This document shows, piece by piece, positions 53,716-61,121 of a stretch of 64,000 bases of DNA. Source of the DNA: an uncultured delta proteobacterium (GTDB lineage Bacteria; Desulfobacterota; Binatia; Binatales; Binataceae); NCBI GenBank assembly GCA_963724765.1, contig CAVRVY010000003.1, positions 1,152,001-1,216,000 of the forward strand. Reading direction: 5' to 3'. The notes beneath the pieces were generated by a model. The model ran no database searches. It saw only the letters and a list, made by a program, of their open reading frames with translations, and had not been told where the DNA came from. A program made the position numbers and the translations under genes. Position 1 is the stretch's first letter. Each line of letters starts with the position of its first letter.

Positions 53716-54015
53716 TTAGGCGGCCTTTTTAAAATACTTCCGCGCTTCGTCTATTTTGTTTAAATCAAAAATCGGAGCCAGCGCATTAATGTTGTCATGC
53801 TCCGTTAACTCCTTCCACACCGGAGATTTCGCCCAAATTTTTTCTGGCACGGATGCAACTAGATTGCGGTCTAGTTGTTCATGAATAAGCCATTCGTACG
53901 TTCGTGTGGCGTCCTGGATCAACTCGCCCAAGCCTTTTACAACTCCGGTGATCGCTGCCAACTGCTCCATTGCGGCCAGTGTTTCCGCCGATAGTTCAAG
54001 CGTTATCATTGCCAT
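53716..54015 (-). CDS. IS cargo: ribbon-helix-helix-like protein, 99 aa
   Basis: SD AAGGAG; ITLELSAETLAAMEQLAAITG...ELIQDATRTYEWL fits a beta-alpha-alpha pattern. Confidence 0.65.
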   Translation of the reverse strand: MAMITLELSAETLAAMEQLAAITGVVKGLGELIQDATRTYEWLIHEQLDRNLVASVPEKIWAKSPVWKELTEHDNINALAPIFDLNKIDEARKYFKKAA

Positions 54016-54034
54016 TTTTGGGAATCTCCTTACG

Positions 54035-54166
54035 CTACCAGGCATGCTTTGTGCCACTCATTGGATCGATCTTCGTATCGAATGGCGGCGGTTTCGGATT
54101 GGGCCATTGCTCTGGCCATTTTTCCGGACGTGGCCTTCTTCTGGGGTCTATCACCACGACGGGCAT
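54035..54166 (-). CDS. IS cargo: putative 43-aa Pro/Arg/Trp-rich peptide
   Basis: MPVVVIDPRRRPRPEKWPEQWPNPKPPPFDTKIDPMSGTKHAW*; fills the gap between a promoter and the RHH-like gene's SD. Confidence 0.45.
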   Translation of the reverse strand: MPVVVIDPRRRPRPEKWPEQWPNPKPPPFDTKIDPMSGTKHAW

Positions 54167-54182
54167 GCAATCTCACACGTAA

Positions 54183-54211
54183 AATCTAAGCTTGTGCAGG
54201 GATGGGTTCAA
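54183..54211 (-). promoter_or_regulatory. Sigma70-like promoter for the minus-strand cargo operon
   Basis: TTGAAC-N17-TAGATT. Confidence 0.5.
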
Positions 54212-54311
54212 CTGAAGGGCCGCGTATTATAGCGGGACCAAAGACGCGTAACAAGTGCGAACAAAATGCCGTCAATTGTTGATTGGCGTGACTGGACTGG
54301 GACCATGTTAC

Positions 54312-54341
54312 TTGACGGGTATTCCCCGTTAACGTTATTGT
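54312..54341 (+). promoter_or_regulatory. Sigma70-like promoter for the winged-helix cargo gene (probably leaderless)
   Basis: TTGACG-N18-TATTGT, 9 nt before ATG 54351, no SD. Confidence 0.5.
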
Positions 54342-54350
54342 GGAAGTCCC

Positions 54351-54821
54351 ATGGAAAAAGACATTCGCCCGTTGCTGGAATCTCTTCGACGAGAACTAGC
54401 GGCACATCAGCGAGCCCTTGAAGAAGGGCAGGCTGTTGTCGAGCGGGAACAAAAATATTGCGAGCATTTGAGGGGTCTCATCGAGTTGGAGACCATACAG
54501 ACCGCGCCGCCAAGAACCCACCATCAAAACAACGGCGCATCTAACAATCCTAATCCTGCAGCTTCGCCAGCATCAGTCCTTGTCGTTAAGAGACAGCCCG
54601 GATATGCAGCAGTAAGCGTTACACAAGCCGCTCGCCAAATCCTTGGCACCACGGACAAGCTGCATGCCGACGAATTAGTTAGGCGAATCTTCGTGATTGA
54701 TTCACCTAAGAAATTTCAGCGTGCAAAGAATGGATTGGTTAGCGAACTGGTGAGGGGAACAAAGGCAGGACACTTTGTGAGAACAGGTCCGAATGAATTT
54801 GCCCTGCCGAATTCCCATTAA
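54351..54821 (+). CDS. IS cargo: N-terminal coiled coil plus C-terminal winged-helix-like domain
   Basis: Heptad N-terminus, Asn/Pro linker, then SVTQAARQIL..KLHADELVRRIF...LVSEL...HFVRTGPNEFAL. Confidence 0.7.
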   Translation: MEKDIRPLLESLRRELAAHQRALEEGQAVVEREQKYCEHLRGLIELETIQTAPPRTHHQNNGASNNPNPAASPASVLVVKRQPGYAAVSVTQAARQILGTTDKLHADELVRRIFVIDSPKKFQRAKNGLVSELVRGTKAGHFVRTGPNEFALPNSH

Positions 54822-54828
54822 AAGAATT

Positions 54829-55018
54829 GCGCCGGTCGTGTTGGCAGCACGAACCGGCGCGGTCGGGAAATAACGCCTCTCGGTCCTCCGACCGAGCACC
54901 CGCTTAAGAACGGGGCCGAGAGGCTGGCACGCACCGCCTAGAGGTGTGGAAGGAGAACAGCGCGTATGCGTCACGATACGTCATAGAGATCGGCCCCCGC
55001 AAGGGGGGCCTACTTTTT
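54829..55018 (+). ncRNA. Candidate structured RNA inside the IS (strand uncertain)
   Basis: Consecutive stems GCGCCGGT/ACCGGCGC, GCCTCTCGG/CCGAGAGGC, CCCG/CGGG, CGCACC/GGTGTG, CGTAT/ATACG, then terminator GGCCCCC-GCAAG-GGGGGCC-TACTTTTT. Confidence 0.45.
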
Positions 55019-55144
55019 CCGCAATTTCTTAGCTTCTTGCTTAGTTTTTCTCTTCGGCTTCGATTTGGTCGGCGCTGTTATCAACGCCTTCATAAAGTGG
55101 TCGAAATCGAGACCGCCGCTCGTCATTTCGAGTGACTTGGGCAT
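55010..55144 (-). CDS. IS cargo: 44-aa Lys-rich small protein downstream of the transposase
   Basis: MPKSLEMTSGGLDFDHFMKALITAPTKSKPKRKTKQEAKKLRKK*. Confidence 0.55.
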   Translation of the reverse strand: MPKSLEMTSGGLDFDHFMKALITAPTKSKPKRKTKQEAKKLRKK

Positions 55145-55187
55145 GCGCCCATATTACTCGCCTCGCTTCGGTTTCTTCAACAGTCTG

Positions 55188-56114
55188 CTACACGCGTGAA
55201 ATAAGCGCCTGAAAAATGTCAGGGTCTTCACGATGGTTGTGCCGGAACGCGAATTCGTTCACGTACAGCGGCAGATATTCTTTGCCGACCTGATGGAACG
55301 TTCCGACGATCCCGCGCTTCAGTAGCGACCAAAACCCTTCAATCGTGTTCGTGTGAACGTTTCCGCGCACGTATTCATGCTTCGCGTGTGTCACGGTTTC
55401 GTGTGGCAATCCCGCCTTTGTCAGATGCCGGTAGGCCGGATTCTCATCCGTTGCGATGAGCGACACCTTGTCCGACACGGCCTCGCGCACAAAGTTGTCC
55501 AGCGTCCGAAAGCCCGCTTCCTCGATCACTTGGCAAACGGCATTGCCTTTGCGCGAGATCGCACCGATTACCATCGTCTTTTTGCTTGTGTACGGGCCTT
55601 GGCCATGGCTCCGTTTGTTCCAGTGTCGATTCTTGTCCTTGCCGCCAACCCAGGTCTCGTCAGCTTCAACCTCGCCCATCAGCTTACTAAACTCCGTGTT
55701 CTTCATTGCCGCGCGGATGCGATGGCACATGAACCAAGCAGTCCGATAGTCGCCGCTGCCGATCTGCCGATGAATCTGTAACGCGCTGATACCTTTCTTG
55801 CTCTGGCACATCAAGTAGCCGACTTGAAACCAAACGCGCAGCGGATATTTTGTGTTCTCGAAAACCGTGCCGGTTGTGACGGAGAATCGATAGCCGTCCT
55901 TCGCGCATTTCCGACATTGCCAGTGCCACGGACGTTTCTTGACCTCTGCGACCTTGGGATTGCCGCACCTTGGGCACTGGACGCCCGCAGGCCAGCGCGA
56001 ATCGCGGACAAAGGCTTTGCAGTCATCTTCGGTCGCAAATCGCGCCTGAAGCTGCGCAAAGGTCATGCTCGGTTGCGTGGTGAGCGGCTTGCCTGCTTTG
56101 ACTTTCGCGTCCAT
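55188..56114 (-). CDS. IS1595-family DDE transposase
   Basis: Zinc ribbon CPRCG...WQCRKC, GISALQI HTH, VEADETWVGG, ATDENPAY, HTNTIEGFWSLLKR, EFAFRHN. Confidence 0.95.
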   Translation of the reverse strand: MDAKVKAGKPLTTQPSMTFAQLQARFATEDDCKAFVRDSRWPAGVQCPRCGNPKVAEVKKRPWHWQCRKCAKDGYRFSVTTGTVFENTKYPLRVWFQVGYLMCQSKKGISALQIHRQIGSGDYRTAWFMCHRIRAAMKNTEFSKLMGEVEADETWVGGKDKNRHWNKRSHGQGPYTSKKTMVIGAISRKGNAVCQVIEEAGFRTLDNFVREAVSDKVSLIATDENPAYRHLTKAGLPHETVTHAKHEYVRGNVHTNTIEGFWSLLKRGIVGTFHQVGKEYLPLYVNEFAFRHNHREDPDIFQALISRV

Positions 56115-56120
56115 GCAGAC

Positions 56121-56149
56121 AAATTACCATTTGCTCGACTCCGTGTCAA
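56121..56149 (-). promoter_or_regulatory. Transposase promoter, -35 inside the TIR, leaderless
   Basis: TTGACA-N17-TAATTT with a TG extension, 6 nt before ATG 56114. Confidence 0.7.
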
Positions 56150-56165
56150 CTCAGACATAATTGCC

Positions 56166-56173
56166 TCGTCAAG
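56166..56173 (+). repeat. Right copy of 8-bp target-site duplication TCGTCAAG
   Basis: Identical to 53342-53349. Confidence 0.92.
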
Positions 56174-56215
56174 TGTGTTTGCACTGAGGCCGAAAGGACC
56201 GTCACACAAATCAGC

Positions 56216-56563
56216 ATGCGATCCAATTTACCTGCGAATAGCAGCATCTTTCCTACGGTGAAGGCATATCGAAATCCATTACCCGCAGGCGATCGCGGGA
56301 TCGAATTTACCACTGCTGTAATGCCCACTCCTGGTAAGGGAAGTCCAAGGGAAGCCCGATGGTACCCCCAAACGCCCGGTGTTAGGGTGATTGTACGGAG
56401 TGGCATTGATTTTGTGATTTCAGCAACGGTGACGAAGAACACGCAGGTGCGATGTCACCCGATGCTCTTTCGTGGCAAAGAGCGGACAATCCAGAATTGT
56501 AATTATCGTTTACGCTCGTTCAAAGGCGCCGGCTATTTCTACGGCAAGGTGACCAGGTCGTAG
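56216..56563 (+). other. Lower-GC orphan ORF or gene remnant
   Basis: VKAYRNPLPAGDRGIEFTT...EARWYP..PGV...TKNTQ looks protein-like, but there is no clear start and it overlaps the next gene's end. Confidence 0.35.
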
Positions 56564-57561
56564 GCCGGGGGCAATCGCTCGCCGACCACTGTGGCAGTCT
56601 CGGCCATCTCGCGCGTGCGAATCACCGAGCCGTCGGTCGTGACGGCGAAGAAATCGCCTTCGCTCTGGGGGTCGGCCCTAAAGCGCATTACCATCCCGCG
56701 CTCGGGCAGCGTGTCGTCGCCGAGCGCCTCGAAGCTCTGGCCCGCGTCGAGGCTGCGGAACATCACCGCGTCGGCGCCCGCCAGCCCCGCCGACCAGAAC
56801 GGTGGCGGACCGGCTGCCGCGGCGGTAAAGACCCGACTCGGCTCTCCCGCCGCGACAAACAGAGGCACCGTGTAGCTGCGGCACAGCCCGCGCTTGATCT
56901 TGCTCCACGAGCTGCCGCGGTTATCGGAGACGTAAAAGCCGGCGCCGGTGGTCGCGTAGAGGCGTTTGTGATTTTGCGGATCGACCGCGATGCAGTGGAC
57001 GTCTTCGTAGAGCCCGCTGTTGAGCAACTCGAAGCTCTCGCCGTGGTCGCGCGAGCAGGCGACGCCGCCCTCCTCGACGCCCACGTAAAAGGTCGCGGAG
57101 TCATGCGGGTCGAATACGATCGAGCGGACGTGCGGGATGTGCGGCGGCGGCGGAAAACTCCAGCGGTCGCGTCCCGGCAGTTTGAGGAACCCCACACACT
57201 CGCGAAACGTACGGCCGTGATCGAGGCTGTGCAACAGTCGCGCGTGCGAGGTGCCGATAAAGACCTCGCCGGGCGCCTGCGGCGGCGCCGCGATTGCCCA
57301 TACGTCCTCGTTGCGCGCGATGCCGGGCGTGATATCGGCCCAGGTGCGGCCGCTGTCGGTCGAGCGCGCCAGCGTCACTCGGCCCCTCGCGCTGCCCATG
57401 TGGGCGTGGTCGACCGAGCCGGCGTAAATCGTTCCCGGGTCGCGGCAGTCCTGCGCCATGCACCACACCGACGGCGGATCTGCGAGCACCATCAGCGGCT
57501 TGCCCTTGCGCTCGGCGTCGAGGACAACGATCCCCTTCGACGTACCTACGCAGAGTTTCAT
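56539..57561 (-). CDS. BNR/Asp-box repeat beta-propeller protein
   Basis: Repeated SxDxGxTW/F Asp-boxes (RSTDSGRTW, SLDHGRTF, SRDHGESF, SDNRGSSW, SLDAGQSF). Confidence 0.88.
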   Translation of the reverse strand: MKLCVGTSKGIVVLDAERKGKPLMVLADPPSVWCMAQDCRDPGTIYAGSVDHAHMGSARGRVTLARSTDSGRTWADITPGIARNEDVWAIAAPPQAPGEVFIGTSHARLLHSLDHGRTFRECVGFLKLPGRDRWSFPPPPHIPHVRSIVFDPHDSATFYVGVEEGGVACSRDHGESFELLNSGLYEDVHCIAVDPQNHKRLYATTGAGFYVSDNRGSSWSKIKRGLCRSYTVPLFVAAGEPSRVFTAAAAGPPPFWSAGLAGADAVMFRSLDAGQSFEALGDDTLPERGMVMRFRADPQSEGDFFAVTTDGSVIRTREMAETATVVGERLPPAYDLVTLP

Positions 57562-57750
57562 CCTCGCCCCCTCCCCCCTTGTGAGCCTCGATCTTCCGCA
57601 AGAGCGCGAGCGCTCCCTCCGCACTTCGGCGGAGCCCCTCCATTGAATCAACCGCGCGCGGTTGCGCTCTCCAATCCTATGGCGCGGCCGTTACGAAAGC
57701 ATCAGCGGTTAACCTGGCTTTTGCCGCCGTTTGTCCATCTTCTGCTTTAG

Positions 57751-58671
57751 TTACGTGAGAAGTATCGAAGTGTGCAGGCGGCCGCCCGCAGAGAGTTCGT
57801 GCGGCGCGACCTTTTTGGGGCTCGAATCGAAACGCACCCGCCGCACCAGCATCGTGGCGCCCGTGAGCGCCACCCGCATCCCGGCCGTGTCAATCGACAC
57901 GACGGTGCCAGCCGGGCTCCGGCTTTGCCGGTTCTCCAGGATTGGTTCGTATAGCCGCAGCCGCTCACCATTGGCCTGCGCATATGCGCCCGGCTGCGGA
58001 TCGCATCCGCGCACCAGGTTGAAGACTTCGCGCGCGCTGCGCGCGAAATCGACTTTGGCGTGCTCGTCGCGGCATGGCGGCTCGTAGGTCGCGAGGCCCT
58101 CGTCCTGCGCGATCGCTGGCGCGGCTCCCGCCTTGATGATTTCGATCGCCTCGACCATGGTCTCGATGCCCAGCGGGAAGAGCCGGTTGAAGTAGAGCGA
58201 GCCGACAGTGTCCTCGTCGCGGATGGGCTCGCTGCGTTGCAGCAGGATCGGTCCGGTGTCGATGCCCTTGTCGGGCCAGAACCAGGTCACGCCGGCGCTC
58301 GCGTCGCCCATGATTAGGGTCCAGTTGATTGCGCTGGCCCCGCGATGGCGCGGCAGGAGCGAGGGATGAAAGCAAATCGATTTGTGCCGCGGCGCATAGA
58401 GGATGCGCTCGGGCACGATCAGCGTCACGAATGCCATCACCAGCAACTCCGCTTCCAGCGCGCGGAACTGATCGAAGGCGGCGTCACTCTTGAAGGTCGC
58501 CGGCTGGCTGAGCGGCACGCCCAGCCCGAGTGCCTTGGCCTTTAGCGGGTCGGGGCGGCCGCCGGGCGGGTCGGGCGGCGCGAACACGCGGACGATCTCC
58601 TCCCCGCGCGAGTGGAGTACCTCCAGGGCGCGCTCGGCAAACGCCGCCTGTCCGATGAGAGCGATGCGCAC
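57751..58671 (-). CDS. Formyltransferase-family protein (ALDH1L1 N-terminal hydrolase-like)
   Basis: IALIGQ, FHPSLLPRHRGASAINW, DKGIDTGPI, RGCDPQPGA. Confidence 0.88.
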   Translation of the reverse strand: MRIALIGQAAFAERALEVLHSRGEEIVRVFAPPDPPGGRPDPLKAKALGLGVPLSQPATFKSDAAFDQFRALEAELLVMAFVTLIVPERILYAPRHKSICFHPSLLPRHRGASAINWTLIMGDASAGVTWFWPDKGIDTGPILLQRSEPIRDEDTVGSLYFNRLFPLGIETMVEAIEIIKAGAAPAIAQDEGLATYEPPCRDEHAKVDFARSAREVFNLVRGCDPQPGAYAQANGERLRLYEPILENRQSRSPAGTVVSIDTAGMRVALTGATMLVRRVRFDSSPKKVAPHELSAGGRLHTSILLT

Positions 58672-58710
58672 CGTCTCTAAACCTCCGCCGCGATGTTCAT
58701 TAGGGACTCA

Positions 58711-58755
58711 CCCTACCAAACCACACGCTACCAAATCGAACGTTACCAAATCGAT
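58711..58755. repeat. Three 15-bp direct repeats with invariant TACCAAA
   Basis: CCCTACCAAACCACA CGCTACCAAATCGAA CGTTACCAAATCGAT. Confidence 0.75.
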
Positions 58756-58878
58756 CATGGGCTGGCACGCGCCGGGACCATCGCGCGCCGCGCTTTCGTC
58801 CACAGCGTCTGTGGGTTGGCGTGCACGGACGCTCCCGTTGTATAGATGGGGCCAAACCACACGGCGGGAGGAACCGCG

Positions 58879-59775
58879 ATGCGTAAGGACATCGAGATCA
58901 ACGCGGAAGGCACGATTTTGCGCGGCTGGTTCTACACGCCCGACCGGCCAAGCGGCAAGGCGCCGGCGATCGTGATGGCGCATGGCTTCTCGGCGGTCAA
59001 GGAGATGTACCTCGACCGCTTCGCCGAGCACTTTTGCGCGGCTGGATTGGCGGTGGTGGTATTCGACAACCGCAACTTCGGCGCCAGCGACGGGCAGCCG
59101 CGCCAGGAAATCGATCCGTGGGCGCAGGTGCGCGATTATCGCCACGCGATCACGTGGACGCGGATGCAGCGCGAGGTCGACGCCGAGCGCATCGGCGTAT
59201 GGGGCTCGAGTTACTCCGGCGGCCATGCGCTGGTCGTCGGCGCGATCGATCGGCGGGTCAAGTGTGTGGTCTCGCAGGTGCCGCTGATCAGCGGCTACCG
59301 TAACATCCAGCGCCTGGTGCGGCCCGACTTTCTCGGACCGCTGCGCGCCCAAATCGACGCTGACCGCGAAGCGCGCTTCCGCGGCGAAGCGCCCGCGATG
59401 GTCCCGGTGGTAGCTCCCGATCCGCAGGCGCCCTCGGCGCTGCCGACGCCCGACTCCTATCAGTGGTTCACCGAGACCGGGCGCGAGCGCGCGAAATCCT
59501 GGCGCAACGAGGTCACGTTGCGCACGCTCGAGATGCTGATGGAGTACGAGCCCGGCAGCTACATCGCCAGGATAAGTCCTACGCCGCTGATGCTGATCGT
59601 CGCCGTAAACGACACTTTGGCGGTCGCCGACCTGGCGATAGCGGCCTTCAACGACGCGCTGGAGCCCAAGAAGATCGTGTTACTCGAGGGCGGCCACTTC
59701 GACGCCTACGTCAGCGATTTCGAGCGGGCGGCGAATCCGGCTCGCGACTGGTTCGTGACGCACCTGATGCGTTGA
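58879..59775 (+). CDS. Alpha/beta hydrolase (peptidase S15/CocE-like)
   Basis: MAHGFSAVKE, FDNRNFGASDG, WGSSYSGGH, GGHFDAY. Confidence 0.9.
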   Translation: MRKDIEINAEGTILRGWFYTPDRPSGKAPAIVMAHGFSAVKEMYLDRFAEHFCAAGLAVVVFDNRNFGASDGQPRQEIDPWAQVRDYRHAITWTRMQREVDAERIGVWGSSYSGGHALVVGAIDRRVKCVVSQVPLISGYRNIQRLVRPDFLGPLRAQIDADREARFRGEAPAMVPVVAPDPQAPSALPTPDSYQWFTETGRERAKSWRNEVTLRTLEMLMEYEPGSYIARISPTPLMLIVAVNDTLAVADLAIAAFNDALEPKKIVLLEGGHFDAYVSDFERAANPARDWFVTHLMR

Positions 59776-59850
59776 ACGCGCGGAAAGGAGCGGCACAAGA
59801 TGGTTGCTTACCGTACGCCGCGAACGGTTTCGCATGCCTCGTCGAGGGAA

Positions 59851-60276
59851 TCACAAAACTTGACTGCCACATACGAGAGTGTGAATCAGAAACCCGCCTA
59901 GTCCAAAAAGCGCAAGCGCGAGGGTGATGGCGACCGCGATCTTTCCGCACTTTTTACCACGCTCAATGTCGCGTTTCCCCTCGCACCACAAGTCATAGTG
60001 ACTTGCTACGGCGAAAGGGTAGCCCATCGACAAAATCAGCGAGAACAAGAACGCCGCCGCAGGCCAAACAGCAGCACGCGTAAATAATGGAAAAACGAAC
60101 ACGGCCATGCTCGCCACCATGGCTGCCATGTTCATACGATCGGCCCAAGGTAGCCAGTTGATGTCCTTCGACTCCTCGGCCACATGAATTTCGCGTCCGA
60201 TCCGCCACGTGAAGGCGCCGATCTGTAACGCCAGAAACGCGGCGGCGGCTACCCAAATCTCGGACACTCGAAGCAT
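59851..60276 (-). CDS. Hypothetical 4-TM membrane protein
   Basis: Four hydrophobic segments; FTWRIGRE...WLPWAD...YPFAVASHYDL. Confidence 0.65.
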   Translation of the reverse strand: MLRVSEIWVAAAAFLALQIGAFTWRIGREIHVAEESKDINWLPWADRMNMAAMVASMAVFVFPLFTRAAVWPAAAFLFSLILSMGYPFAVASHYDLWCEGKRDIERGKKCGKIAVAITLALALFGLGGFLIHTLVCGSQVL

Positions 60277-60305
60277 CTTTTTCCGTCCCCGATCTCCCCG
60301 GCTCT

Positions 60306-60622
60306 TTAATCTCCCTTGAGGCGCGGATCGTCGGAGGCGATGCACTGGGCGAGCATCATTGGGGTATCATAGTTATCAGGGCGGCGGGGCCTTTGCGCAA
60401 GTCCTCTCGCATTTCGGCAGAGCCTCTCTGTGCATCCTCTGCCGCCATTGGCGCCTTGAACGCTTCACAATTGCGTGCACTATCGAAGCTTCGCACCAGG
60501 GTCCAGTTTCTCAACGGTGCGTTGCGCAATATGCGTGCACTGCCCTGCCCATCGACTGGCATCGGCGGCGCCATCAGGTACCAGCCGACCAATGCGAGCG
60601 CTGCGGCGTGGCGTAATTTCAT
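60306..60622 (-). pseudogene. Secreted MKLRHAAALALVGWYLM-family protein, frameshifted
   Basis: Frame 1 ends at ...MIPQ*; the family-like C-terminus AQCIASDDPRLKGD* lies in the shifted frame ending at 60306. Confidence 0.65.
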
Positions 60623-60837
60623 TGAATACCCTCCGGGAACCACGGTAAGCCCCGCCGCTGGTCCTCGGCGCGCATTTCCGCTGGTGTCAGCATTGTCGCC
60701 CGTTCTTCAATGTTGCGGAATTGGAAGCGGCGGCTGTGAGCGCGTTGCCAGCCGCAGACGTACGGCTTTTTCGCAGGCGGCGGGGACTCCGGCTCCGGGC
60801 CGAACAGCCATTTCAACAGCGCGACAATTGTCATCAT
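60619..60837 (-). CDS. Small hypothetical protein, 72 aa
   Basis: MMTIVALLKWLFGPEP...; ATGA overlap with the next gene. Confidence 0.5.
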   Translation of the reverse strand: MMTIVALLKWLFGPEPESPPPAKKPYVCGWQRAHSRRFQFRNIEERATMLTPAEMRAEDQRRGLPWFPEGIQ

Positions 60838-60854
60838 GGCGTTCTTATTTTTGT

Positions 60855-61121
60855 TCAGACGGCACCGGACTCGTCCAAAGCTGCGGGTTCGTCCGGTACG
60901 GGATTGCAGGCCGAGCATAAGAAAGGGTCTGGGTGCTCTGCACAATGATGATGTCCGGGTATGACTTCCGCGTTACAGCCCTCCCCGGTACAGAGGAGAT
61001 CGCGGTCGACCAGCCCGCGTATTCTATCGCCTTCATGAAAGCCCTCCCAGTATCCATACCAGCGGCCATACAAGCAGCCGAGTACGAAGCCTAGGACCAA
61101 TAAGATCAATGGCGACCACAT
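60855..61121 (-). CDS. Small membrane-anchored Cys/His-rich protein
   Basis: N-terminal TM, then CTGEGC...HHHCAEH...CSAC. Confidence 0.55.
   Translation of the reverse strand: MWSPLILLVLGFVLGCLYGRWYGYWEGFHEGDRIRGLVDRDLLCTGEGCNAEVIPGHHHCAEHPDPFLCSACNPVPDEPAALDESGAV

Larger units (their letters stand above)
53350..56165 (-). mobile_element. IS1595-family element with passenger genes (2816 bp)
   Basis: TIRs GGCAATTATGT-tgc/ctg-AGTTGACACGGA (53350-53375 and 56140-56165, 23/26 match), 8-bp TSD, IS1595 transposase, lower-GC interior. Confidence 0.93.

Noticed and set aside
54861-54924. HDV-like ribozyme fold in the IS non-coding block
   Set aside because: A pseudoknot-like order and a TCCTCCG loop are present, but P1, P1.1 and the catalytic J4/2 strand could not be placed consistently.
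54944-55135. 63-aa + strand ORF in the IS
   Set aside because: It crosses the terminator and is antisense to the better-looking 44-aa ORF.
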